Shown: piece after piece, positions 21,327 through 31,013 of the stretch
Position numbering within the stretch: position 1 is the first letter of the stretch
Layout: the number at the start of each line of letters is the position of its first letter
Assembly: GCA_038087875.1 (NCBI GenBank)
Contig: JAXLNO010000350.1
Coordinates: 310,001 to 374,000, forward strand
Direction of reading: 5' to 3'
From: Malacoraja senta
Lineage: Eukaryota
Length of the DNA: 64,000 nt
Notes under the pieces: model-generated
Database searches by the model: none
Told to the model about the DNA's origin: nothing
What the model saw: the letters and a program-made list of their open reading frames with translations, nothing else
Made by a program: the position numbers and the translations under genes

Positions 21327-22556
21327 ATGACGGGGCACAACAAGGAGAAGCGTTATGAGTGCGATGTGTGTGGCAAGGCCTGGGAGTGCCCGAGCCGCTT
21401 GGAGGCCCACCGGCGGGTGCACACGGGAGAACGCCTCTTCGACTGCTCGGAGTGCGGTAAGAGCTTCAAGACGGCGATGGTCCTGAAGACCCACCAGCAG
21501 TTGCACACGGGCGAGAAGCCCTATGGCTGCTCCACCTGTGGCAAGAGCTTTGCCATGTCATCGGGGCTGCAGATGCACCAGCGGGTGCACAGCAGTGAGC
21601 GGCCCTTCACCTGCTCCGACTGCGGCAAAGGCTTCAAGACGTCCACGCACCTGAAGGTGCACAGGCGCCTGCACACCGGGGAGCGGCCCTACACCTGCAG
21701 CGACTGCGGCAAGGGCTTCACCCAGTCCAACATCCTGCTGGTGCACCAGCGCACCCACACCGGCGAGCGCCCCTACACCTGCACCCAGTGCGGCAAGGGC
21801 TTCACCCGCTCCACGGAGCTGCTGTCCCACCAGCAGGTGCACTCCGTCGACCGTCGCTTCCCCAGGCCCTTCGGCTGCTCCGACTGTGGCAAGAGCTTCA
21901 AGAGGGCGGAGAACCTGAAGATCCACCAGCGGGTGCACACGGGCGAGAGGCTGTATGGCTGCTCCACCTGCGGCAAGAGCTTTGCCTGGTTGTCGGGGCT
22001 GCGGGAGCACCGGAGGGTGCACAGCAGTGAGCGGCCCTTCACCTGCTCCGACTGCGGCAAAGGCTTCAAGTCGTCGCCGCAACTGAAGGTGCACAGGCGC
22101 GTGCACACCGGGGAGCGGCCCTACACCTGCAGCAACTGCGGCAAGGGCTTCACCCAGTCCAACAACCTGCTGGTGCACCAGCGCACCCACACCGGCGAGC
22201 GCCCCTACATCTGCGCCCAGTGCGGCAAGGGCTTCACATGCTCCAACAACCTGCTGTCCCACCAGCGGGTGCACGCCAGCGACAGTCCCGTCCCCAGCCC
22301 GGTGTGTGAAGAGCGCTTTGCCATGGACTCCCATGCCCTGTCACAACAGCACATGCACACCAGTGGCCAGCCCTACGACTGCCCGAACTGCGGTGAGGCG
22401 TTTGACAGCTTGCGGAGTTTGCGGCAGCACCGGCGGACCCACGCTGGCAATCAGCTGCTCCCACTGTTTCAAGAGGGCACGGGGGCTGCAGGAGCACCAG
22501 CAGATACACAGACCATGATGGAGAAGGTGAGGACAGACTCTATGATGGCCGTATAA
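21327..22556 (+). CDS. Tandem C2H2 (Kruppel-type) zinc-finger protein, 12 intact fingers + 1 degenerate, single coding exon
   Basis: Repeated CxxC-x12-HxxxH with TGERP/TGEKP linkers and high GC3. Acceptor CCCTCCTGCAG| at 21210 follows a pyrimidine tract. First in-frame ATG is at 21327 (GTG at 21315; in-frame TGA at 21306). No effector domain is visible. Confidence 0.9.
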   Translation: MTGHNKEKRYECDVCGKAWECPSRLEAHRRVHTGERLFDCSECGKSFKTAMVLKTHQQLHTGEKPYGCSTCGKSFAMSSGLQMHQRVHSSERPFTCSDCGKGFKTSTHLKVHRRLHTGERPYTCSDCGKGFTQSNILLVHQRTHTGERPYTCTQCGKGFTRSTELLSHQQVHSVDRRFPRPFGCSDCGKSFKRAENLKIHQRVHTGERLYGCSTCGKSFAWLSGLREHRRVHSSERPFTCSDCGKGFKSSPQLKVHRRVHTGERPYTCSNCGKGFTQSNNLLVHQRTHTGERPYICAQCGKGFTCSNNLLSHQRVHASDSPVPSPVCEERFAMDSHALSQQHMHTSGQPYDCPNCGEAFDSLRSLRQHRRTHAGNQLLPLFQEGTGAAGAPADTQTMMEKVRTDSMMAV

Positions 22557-22777
22557 AACTGGACCATCATTGCCTGTGGCAGATTGTGTTATCTCAGCTG
22601 CCGCAGGAAGTACATTGTCTGTTGGGCCTTTTTGACTGTGGAGTCTATGGTGGCTTCCCATTGATCTATCCAACACTGATCTATTCTACATTTTCCCTGA
22701 TCTCCATTCCCCTTGTCCTGTTTTCACTCCTTACACTTCCTCATCTCTGTACCTCCCATCAGTGAGGAAGGTGGAGG

Positions 22778-25700
22778 AGCCATTTAGCTTAACTCAGTAC
22801 GTTATAACTATAACCATCTACCTTTAAATTTTATCTGCCTGTAATTGTAATTGTGTGGGTGGGGATTATACGTAGTCTGAGGACTTACCTTTCAAACAAG
22901 AAAGTGTTAGTCTGCCGAATAATCGTCGTATGGTAGAGAAACGCACCCTGAATCTGAAACGCAAGTTTGGCAAGAATACAAAATGTCATGAAGGATATGA
23001 TTGACAATGATTATGCCGAAATGGTACCAACAGACCAGCCGAATCGAAGTGATGGAGAGCTTTGGTACATTCTGCACCACGGGGTGTATTACACGAAGAA
23101 AGGGACCTTGAGGGTGGTCTTTGACTGTGCTGCAGTCTTCAAAGGAACATCACTTAACTGTCAACTTCTGCAAGGTCCAGACCGTGCCAGTTATACAGGG
23201 CCCTGGTGAGACCACACCTGGAGTATTGTGTGCAGTTTTGGTCCCCTAATTTGAGGAAGGACATTCTTGCTATTGAGGGAGTGCAGCGTAGGTTTACAAG
23301 GTTAATTCCCGGGATGGCGGGACTGTCATATGCTGAGAGAATGGAGGAGCTGGGCTTGTACACTCTGGAGTTTAGAAGGATGAGAGGGATTCTCATTGAA
23401 ACATAAGATTGTTAAGGGCTTGGACAAGCTAGAGGCAGGAAACATGTTCCCGATTTTGGGGGAGACCAGAATCAGGGACCACAGTTTAAGAATAAGGAGT
23501 AAGCCATTTAGAACGGAGACGAGGAAACACTTTTTCTCACAGAGAGTGGTGAGTCTGTGGAATTCTCTGCCTCAGAGGGCGGTGGAGGCAGGTTCTCTGG
23601 ATGCTTTCAAGAGAGAGCTAGATAGGGCTCTTAAAAATAGCGGTCAGGAGATATGGGGAGAAGGCAGGAACGGGGTACTGATTGGGGATGATCAGCCATG
23701 ATCACATTGAATGGCGGTGCTGGCTCGAAGGGCCAAATAGCCTACTCCTGCACCTATTGTCTATTGTCTATTGACCTTACCAACTCACTCATTGGAGTTC
23801 TCATTAAATTCAGACAAGAACCAATTGCTTTGATGGCTGATATTATAGCGATGTTTCATAAAGTCAAAGTATCGTAAATCACATTGACTATTTGCGATTC
23901 TTATGGTGGCCTGATGGGGATGCACAACAAGATCCCGTTGAATATCGGATGAAGGTACATCTCTTTGGAGCAGTGTCATCCCCAAGTTGCACGGACTTTG
24001 CATTAAAGAAGACCGCACAGGACAATAAAGCTCACTTTCCAGAAGAAGTGATAACCTCTGTGAAGAATCATTTCTACATGGATGATTGTTTAAAATCCAT
24101 GTCTACGGAGCAGGAAGCAATTCAAATGGTAAAACATCTGACTTCCCTCTGCAATAAGGGAGGATTCCAGCTTTCCAAGTGGATCAGCAACAGCCGTGTT
24201 GAATTGGAAAGCATTCCACCAGATGATAGAGCCAAGGAGATCAGGGAGTTGGATTTGGACAAAGACAATCTGCCAATGGAAAGAGCATTGGGACTGTATT
24301 GGTGTGTTGCAACAGATGTGTTCAAGTTCAGAACCTTGATTCAAGAGCGACCATGTACTAGAAGGGGTATCCTGTCCATGATTGGTTCCGTTTACAACCC
24401 TTTGGGATTTCTTGCACCATTTACACTGCCAGCCAAGTTGATTTTGCAGGATCTTTGTAAGGAAAAACTTGGATGGGATGAGAGTATAACACAAACTTCC
24501 TCTCACCGATGGACAGAATGGTTAGCAGATCTCAACAAGATCTCAGAATTCAAAGTGGACCGGTGCATGAAGCCTACAAACTTTGATAAGATCAGAAGTG
24601 CACAGCTGCATCATTTCTCAAGATGCTGGTGAAAGTGGCTACGGTACTGTTTCATATCTAAGACTGGAAAATGATAACAAAGAAATACATGTTGCATTCT
24701 TAATGGGAAAGGCCAGAGTGGCCTTTCCCATTAAACCATTGAAGCAAATGACTTCCCAGAATAGAACTTACTGCTGCAGTCTTAGCTCTTGAAGTTGACA
24801 TAATGCTGCAAAAAGAACTGCAGCTTCAACTGGGAAAACCTATCTTCTGGACTGATAGTACTACGGTGCTTAAATACTTCAACAATGAGAACTAACGTTT
24901 TTTGACATTTGCAGCAAATGTATTGGGAGCTACTAATGTTTCACAATGGAAATATGTTAACACGAAGGAAAATCCTGCGGATGAAGCTTCTAGAGGACTA
25001 ACAGCAGACAGCTTCTTAAGCAACAAGAGATGGATCAATGGGCTGGAATTTCTCTGTAAGCCAGACAGAGAATGGCCATAATTTGAGCTGGCATTTGAAA
25101 TCTCTGCTAATGATCCGGAAATTAAACAAAACATCACAGTGAACGTTATTGCTAAAAATCCTATTGTTCTCTCGAAGGATTTTCACATTCCAACATTATC
25201 GTTACAACATATCAATGAATTGATCGGACATGGAAGAAGAAGTTTCATGCTGACAAAACTTTGGACTTTTGAGTTTTGGACTAGATACTGGAGATCATGC
25301 CTGCTGACGTTAAGGGTTTGGTGCGTACAGTACTACTTCAGACTAAGAATAATGTTTTAATAAGACCAATAACCAAGTTATGCTTGCTTCTAGAAGGCGA
25401 AGGTGAAGATGGAAGAATTGCTAAAGAAGTCTAAATGCGCATCTATAATTCATGAGATTTTTTGTTTTTTATATATGTTAAGCTTTTATAGCTCCTTTTT
25501 AAAAAGTCTATTAGTAATTGCCTCGTTATATATTCAGAACAATTAGGGGTCGGTATGTAGTAGCCATTTAGCTTAACTCAGTATGTTATAACTAGAACCA
25601 GTTGCCTTTCAATTTTATCTGCCTGTAATTACATGGGTGGGGTTTATACGTAGTCTGATGCGTGTTTGCGGCTGGGATTCTCGCGCTGACGTCCTTGTAG

Positions 25701-26090
25701 TTTTAGTTTAGTTTGAAGAAGCATGGAGGAGAGGTCACAGCTTTCTACCATGCACGACTTTGAACATGAGTAAGATCAAAATGTACTTATACAAGAAGTT
25801 TGGATGAATATCTTACTATTTTTCTACAATAAAGAAACTTAATTAAGAGACTGTGTTTTGGAAGATTTATCTTTCGACGGCATTGAATGTGTCGTAGAGA
25901 GCTTGTGAGTGCGTTTTGATTATCTCCTGATCCCCAGTCTTCAATCATAGTGACTAAAGGAATGAATCCTTGAAACGATATCAAAATCTGTCACTGTAGT
26001 TAGATGTACAAAGTTGTGCAGGACTTGGGGAAAGTTTTCAACAGTTGTACTGAGATGGAAACGAGTAGTAAAAGTTCTTGAACATTTGGA
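22778..26090 (+). mobile_element. Decayed BEL/Pao LTR retrotransposon (LTR fragment, RT, RNase H, mostly deleted integrase, 3' LTR from 25556)
   Basis: LPFKQ...LPNNR, WYILHHGV, LRVVFDCAA, LLQGPDLTNSL, RFLWW, VHLFGAVSSP, FYMDDCL, ERALGLYW, YNPLGFLAP, LHHFS/DA..GYG, KARVA, WTDSTTVL and NPADEASRG. 22778-22880 matches the start of the 3' LTR. The right end is uncertain. Confidence 0.88.
23184..23772 (+). mobile_element. 5'-truncated CR1 inserted in BEL pol, GACC target-site duplication
   Basis: Splits QGPD|LTNSL. GACC occurs at 23180-23183 and 23773-23776; (CTATTGT)n tail. Confidence 0.92.
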
Positions 26091-26238
26091 CAGTAAACAA
26101 TAGGTGCAGGAGTAGGCCATTCGGCCCTTCGAGCCAGCACCACAATTCACTGTGATCATGGCTGATCATCCACAATCCTGCCTTCTCCACATATCCCTTG
26201 ACTCTGCTATCTTTAAGAGCTCTATCTAACTCTCTCCT

Positions 26239-26543
26239 AATAATAATAATAAATACTTTATTAATCCCCTCAGCGAAATTCAGATGTCCAGAAGCCCCCA
26301 ACCAACAAACCCACACATTCAAAACAAACGCAGACAGAAAATACATAAAATACCATGTGGACACTACCTGGGAGCAATAAATACTTAAAAAGACCAATAA
26401 TAAACAATTAAAAATTTAAAAAAGGAAAAAATGCATCCCCCCTACAGCCTAGCGGTCCAAATTATAAAATCTAATGGCTGCAGCGGTGAAGGATCTCCTG
26501 AACCACTCCGTTCTACAGGGCAGGTAGAGGAGCCAGTTGTTGT
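26239..26543 (-). mobile_element. Rex1/Babar-like LINE 3' end
   Basis: LPCRTEWFRRSFTAAAIRFYN, then AATAAA and an (ATT)n tail on the minus strand. Confidence 0.7.
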
Positions 26544-26630
26544 TCTTGAAAGCATCCAGAGAATCGGCCTCCACTGCCTTCTGAGGCAGAGAATTCCTCA
26601 GATTCACAATTATCTGGGTGAAAAGGTTTT

Positions 26631-27662
26631 GAAGACATACATACAGGGATATCAAAAAATAACTCCTGATTTACTAGAAGAAGTAATGAATATAAAAGCT
26701 GATACACAAAAATTAATATATTTATATAATAGTATCTTAAATATAGATTTACCTGTGACCGAGGTAATTAGAGAAGAGTGGGAACGGGAATTATTGATAA
26801 AAATTACGAAGGCTACATGGGAAAAGTATTTGACATACATTCACAAGTGTTCGATTAACGCAAGACATAACCTAATCCAATTTAAAATTTTACATAGATT
26901 ATATTACTCAAAAACAAGATTAAATACATTTTATCCAAATATATCGCCCATTTGCGATAAATGTTTAACCCAAGACGCAACTATAACACACTCTTTTGTT
27001 TCTTGTATAAAACTTCATGGATTTTGGAGTGATATTTTCGAAATATTTACAAAACTATTTAAGATAAAAATGGAACCCAATAATGAATTGATTATATTTG
27101 GGGTAATGGAAGACGGGAACAAATTGAGCTCATCTCAAAAGTCAATTTTTAATTATGGTTTAATAATAGCAAAAAAATTAATATTGAAATTTTGGAAAAA
27201 TACACCAATACCAACGCTCAAAATGTGGATTGCAAGTATGTTGGATACCACACATCTTGAGGAAATGCGATTCCTCCTAATAGATAAATTTGACCAATTC
27301 ATATCGAGTTGGTCTCCATTTGTCGTCTTTTTGGAAACATATGGTGCAAAACAGGTGTAAAAGCTAATCCGTGACTGCGGATGGTCAAGATTATAAATGA
27401 TCTTCTATTTTCTTTTCTTCTCTTCTCTTCTTTTATTCTCTTTCTTCTATTTTCTATGTCTCAACTTTCTTTTTTCATTCTTTATTTTTCTTTTTCACAC
27501 ACTATATATCTCACATTTTTCTATTTTTCATTATCTACCTTTTATATTTTTCTTCTTTATTTCAATTTTTTTTTTAAATAAGAAGCTGTACATAAAAGGT
27601 ATTATGAAAATATGATTGTATACAATTGTACTTCTAATAAAATAAAAATATTTTTAAAAAAA
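26631..27662 (+). mobile_element. 5'-truncated L1-type LINE with 11-bp target-site duplication
   Basis: Open ORF2 C-terminus (WEREL, LIQFKILHRLY, CDKC..HSFVSC..FW; stop at 27360), T-rich 3'UTR, AATAAA and A tail. GAAAAGGTTTT occurs at 26620-26630 and 27663-27673. Confidence 0.9.
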
Positions 27663-28228
27663 GAAAAGGTTTTTCCTCGTCTCCGTTTTAAATGGCTTTC
27701 CCCTTATTCTTATACTGTAGCCCCTGGTTCTGGACTCCCCCAACATGGGGAACATATGGTGGATGTTGTTGCTGCTCCCGTTGGTGGCCATGTCGGCCTC
27801 GTGGTGGTCCCGTTGTACTTTCCCTTTTCCTAACATGACACCATTTAGATAATCATCTGTCTTCCTGTTTTCGCCATCAAAGTGGATAACCTCACATTTA
27901 TCCACATTAAACTGCAACTGCCACGCATCTGCCCACTCACGCAACCTGTCCAAGTCGACCTGCATCCTCATAGCATCCTCTTCACAGTTCACACTGCTAC
28001 CCAGCATTGTGTCATCTGCAAATTTGCTAATGTTATCCACAATCCCCTCATCTAAATTATCAATGTATGTTGTAAATAGCTGCGGTCCCAGCACCGAGCC
28101 TTGCGGTACCCCACTAGTCACTGGCTGCCATTCTGAAAGGGACCCGTGAATCCCTACTCTTTATTTTCTGTCTGCCAACCAATTTTCTATTCATGTTGTC
28201 AAAGTTCGTTTCTTAAAAAGCAGATAGC

Positions 28229-28720
28229 AACAAAAACTGTTAAACGTAAACCATGGCAATCTTTAATTAAATCGTCAGACAGGAGTGGCAAAGATCTATA
28301 ATGAGCACATACGTTGCTCAGTGCTTCTCACGCTCCACTCGCAGAACAAAGGAGAGTTAGCACAATTATACATTTTTCTTATCAGTAAAACACTCCTACC
28401 AAGTCTGAATGTGGTATGACTGAATGATTCTGTAGCCTTTCAGAATATAAGAAAAGCTGGGTCCAAATCAAGCTCATCCAATAACGAGTTATTACATATC
28501 TCTGGAGCGGCAGCTATTTTTTTTTACAATCTTGGCTTCTTTATGGCCTTGAATGAAGCACATGTTATTACTGCAGGCTGCCATCTTAATGTCTTTATGG
28601 AAAAGACAACCTGTCCTCCATATTGTGTTCCATATAATTTACAAAGTCATTCAGACTTGGCACCGAGCCATTCTTTTGTTCTACTCGCTCATACTTTTGT
28701 TGAACGACTCCATTTTAGAT
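28229..28720 (-). repeat. Inverted paralog of 20440-20933
   Basis: See 20440-20933. Confidence 0.85.
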
Positions 28721-28760
28721 TTGACTGTCAGCTCTTTCATTCCCTCCCTTTTTATCAAAT

Positions 28761-28914
28761 AGTGCACGAATGGGCGATCGCTGGTCAGCGCGGACTCGGT
28801 GGGCCGAATGGTCTGTTTCCGCGCTGTATCTCTAAACTAAACTAGTGTCTGAACAGGCGATTGCTGGTCGGCGTGGACTCGGTGGGGCCGAAGGGCCTGT
28901 TTCCGCGCTGTATC
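28761..28914 (+). mobile_element. Two tandem SINE/LINE 3' tails (HE1-like)
   Basis: GGCGAT(C/T)GCTGGTC.GCG.GGACTCGGTGGGCCGAA.GG.CTGTTTCCGCGCTGTATC occurs twice; the first copy has a CTAAA-repeat tail. Confidence 0.7.
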
Positions 28915-28919
28915 ATGAA

Positions 28920-30510
28920 GCTGGACTGGACCACTTGGACAACAAAAACTCATATGTCAGGCTGTAATTCATCGACTACAGTTCGACATTTAACACAATC
29001 ATCCCCTCCAAGCTGGTTATCAAAAGCTCTCAGAACTGGGTCTCTTCGCATCCCTCTGCAATTGGATCCTCAACTTCCTCATTCACAGACCAGTCTGTCA
29101 GTATTGGTGGAAATGTGTCGGCCTCGATAACAATCAGCACGGGAGCACCTCAAGGCTGCGTGCTCAGCCCCCTGCTGTACTCACTCTACACTCATGATTG
29201 CATAGTCGGTCATAGTGCGAATTCCATGAAGTTGGCTGACGACACCACTGTTGTGGGACGATTCACTGATGGAGATGTGTCCGTGAATAGAAGTGAGATC
29301 GACCGTTTGACCAAATGGTGCCAGCACAATAACCTGGCTCTCAACACCAGCAAAACCAAGGAACTGATTGTGGACTTTGGAAGGGGTAGTATGGGGACCC
29401 ACAGTCCCGTTTATATCAACGGGTCGATGGTGGAAAGGGTCAAGAGCTTCAAATTCCTGGGCGTGCATATCTCTGAAGATCTCTCCTGGTCCCAGAACAC
29501 GGATGCAATTATAAAGTAAGCACATCAGGGCCTCTACTTCCTGAGAAGATTACGGAGAGTCGGCATGTCAAGGAGGACTCTCTCTAACTTCTACAGGTGC
29601 ACAGTAGAGCATGCTGACCGGTTGCATCGGGGCTTGGTTCAGCAACTTCTGCGCCCAGGAGCGGAAAAGACTGCAAATAGTAGTAAACACTGCCCAGTCC
29701 ATCATCGGCTCTGACCTCCCTACCATCGAGGGGATCTATCGCAGTCGCTGCCTCAAAAAGGCTGGCAGCATTATCAAGGACCCACACACCATCCTACGTA
29801 CAAACGTACAAAATTCTTGTGGGGTTGGACAGGCTAGATGCAGGAAGATTGTTCCCGATGTTGGGGAAGTCCAGGACAAGGGGTCACAGCTTAAGGATAA
29901 GGGGGAAATCCTTTAAGACCGAGATGAGGAAAAACTTTTTCACACAGAGAGTGGTGAATCTCTGGAACTCTCTGCCACAGAGGGTAGTTGAGGCCAGTTC
30001 ATTGGCTATATTTAAGAGGGAGTTAGATGTGGCCCTTGTGGCTAAAGGGATCAGGGGGTATGGAGAGAAGGCAGGTACGGGATACTGAGTTGGATGATCA
30101 GCCATGATCATATTGAATGGTGGTGCAGGCTCGAAGGGCCGAATGGCCTACTCCTGCACCTATTTTCTATGTATCTATGTATCCTGGCCACACACTCATC
30201 TCCCTGCTGCCTTCAGGTAGAAGGTACAGGAGCCTGAAATCTGCAACATCCAGGTTCAGGAATAGCTACTTCCCCACAGCCATCGGGCTATTAAACTCAA
30301 CTCAAACAAAACTCTGATTATTAATAGCCCATTGCACTTTTATCTGTTTATTTATGTGTGTATATATATATATTCATTGGTATATGGACACACTGATCAG
30401 TTCTGTTCTGTATTTATTTATGCCTACTATATCCTGTTGTGCTGAACCAAAGCAAGAATTTCATTGTCCTATCTGGGACACATGACAATAAACTCTCTTG
30501 AATCTCTTGA
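28920..30510 (+). mobile_element. Decayed Rex1/Babar LINE 3' half
   Basis: GAPQGCVLSPLLYSLYTHDC, LADDTTVVG, LNTSKTKELIVDF, FKFLGVHI and LLPSGRRYRS..TSRFRNSYFPTAI; AATAAA and TCTCTTGA repeats at the end. Confidence 0.88.
29796..30180 (+). mobile_element. Short CR1 3' insertion with ATCCT target-site duplication; same subfamily as 13014-17135
   Basis: GLDRLDAGRLFPMLG...GYGEKAGTGY*. ATCCT occurs at 29791-29795 and 30181-30185. Confidence 0.92.
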
Positions 30511-30684
30511 GTGCAACGACCAAAGATCTTTTAATACAAAAATTAAATGGCGTAAACAGATTTTCTTTCCTAATGAGATGGACATTGACGAACGTTGATA
30601 ACTGTCCTCTCCTCGCGAATAAAGAATAAAGAGCCTCATCGATTCTTTCCACAGTCCACTGGAGTTGCTGCAGAGCAGAATATT

Positions 30685-30922
30685 GAGAGAGAGGAGAGAA
30701 GGGGGGGGGGGGGAGAGAGATGGGGGAGAGAGAGAGAGAGAGGGGGGAGAGAGGAGAGAGAGGGGGGAGAGAGAGGGGTGAGAGAAGGTGGAGAGAGGGG
30801 GGTGAGAGATGGAGAGGAGGGGAGTGGGGGAGAGAGAGGGGAAGGGCAGAGATGGGAGAAGGGAGAGAGGGGGGATAGAGAGGGGAAAGAGAGGGGGAGA
30901 GAGAGGGAGAGAGAGAGAGGGG
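30685..30922. repeat. Polypurine (G/A) tract
   Basis: About 240 bp, almost entirely G and A. Confidence 0.95.
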
Positions 30923-30969
30923 TTAGTTTTGGTTACCACACATCTCCAACCCTCCCAGGATTGTTGTGG

Positions 30970-31013
30970 ATGGATACGGAGGGATTTGGGCCAAACGCTG
31001 GCAGGTGGGACTA
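30970..31013 (+). mobile_element. CR1 ORF2 terminal codons seeding the satellite
   Basis: MDTEGFGPNAGRWD* matches the ends of the dispersed copies at 7310-7354 and 8150-8200. Confidence 0.8.

Larger units (their letters stand above)
26091..28195 (-). mobile_element. CR1 3' half interrupted by two younger insertions
   Basis: Pieces 26091-26238, 26544-26630 and 27663-28195 are colinear; GVPQGSVLGP and FADD in ORF 27654-28121. Confidence 0.85.

Noticed and set aside
21558..22334. 258-aa antisense ORF
   Set aside because: Shadow of the GC3-rich zinc-finger frame.
26431..27360. 309-aa ORF as a host gene
   Set aside because: Chimera of antisense Rex/CR1 sequence and an L1 ORF2 C-terminus beginning at 26631.
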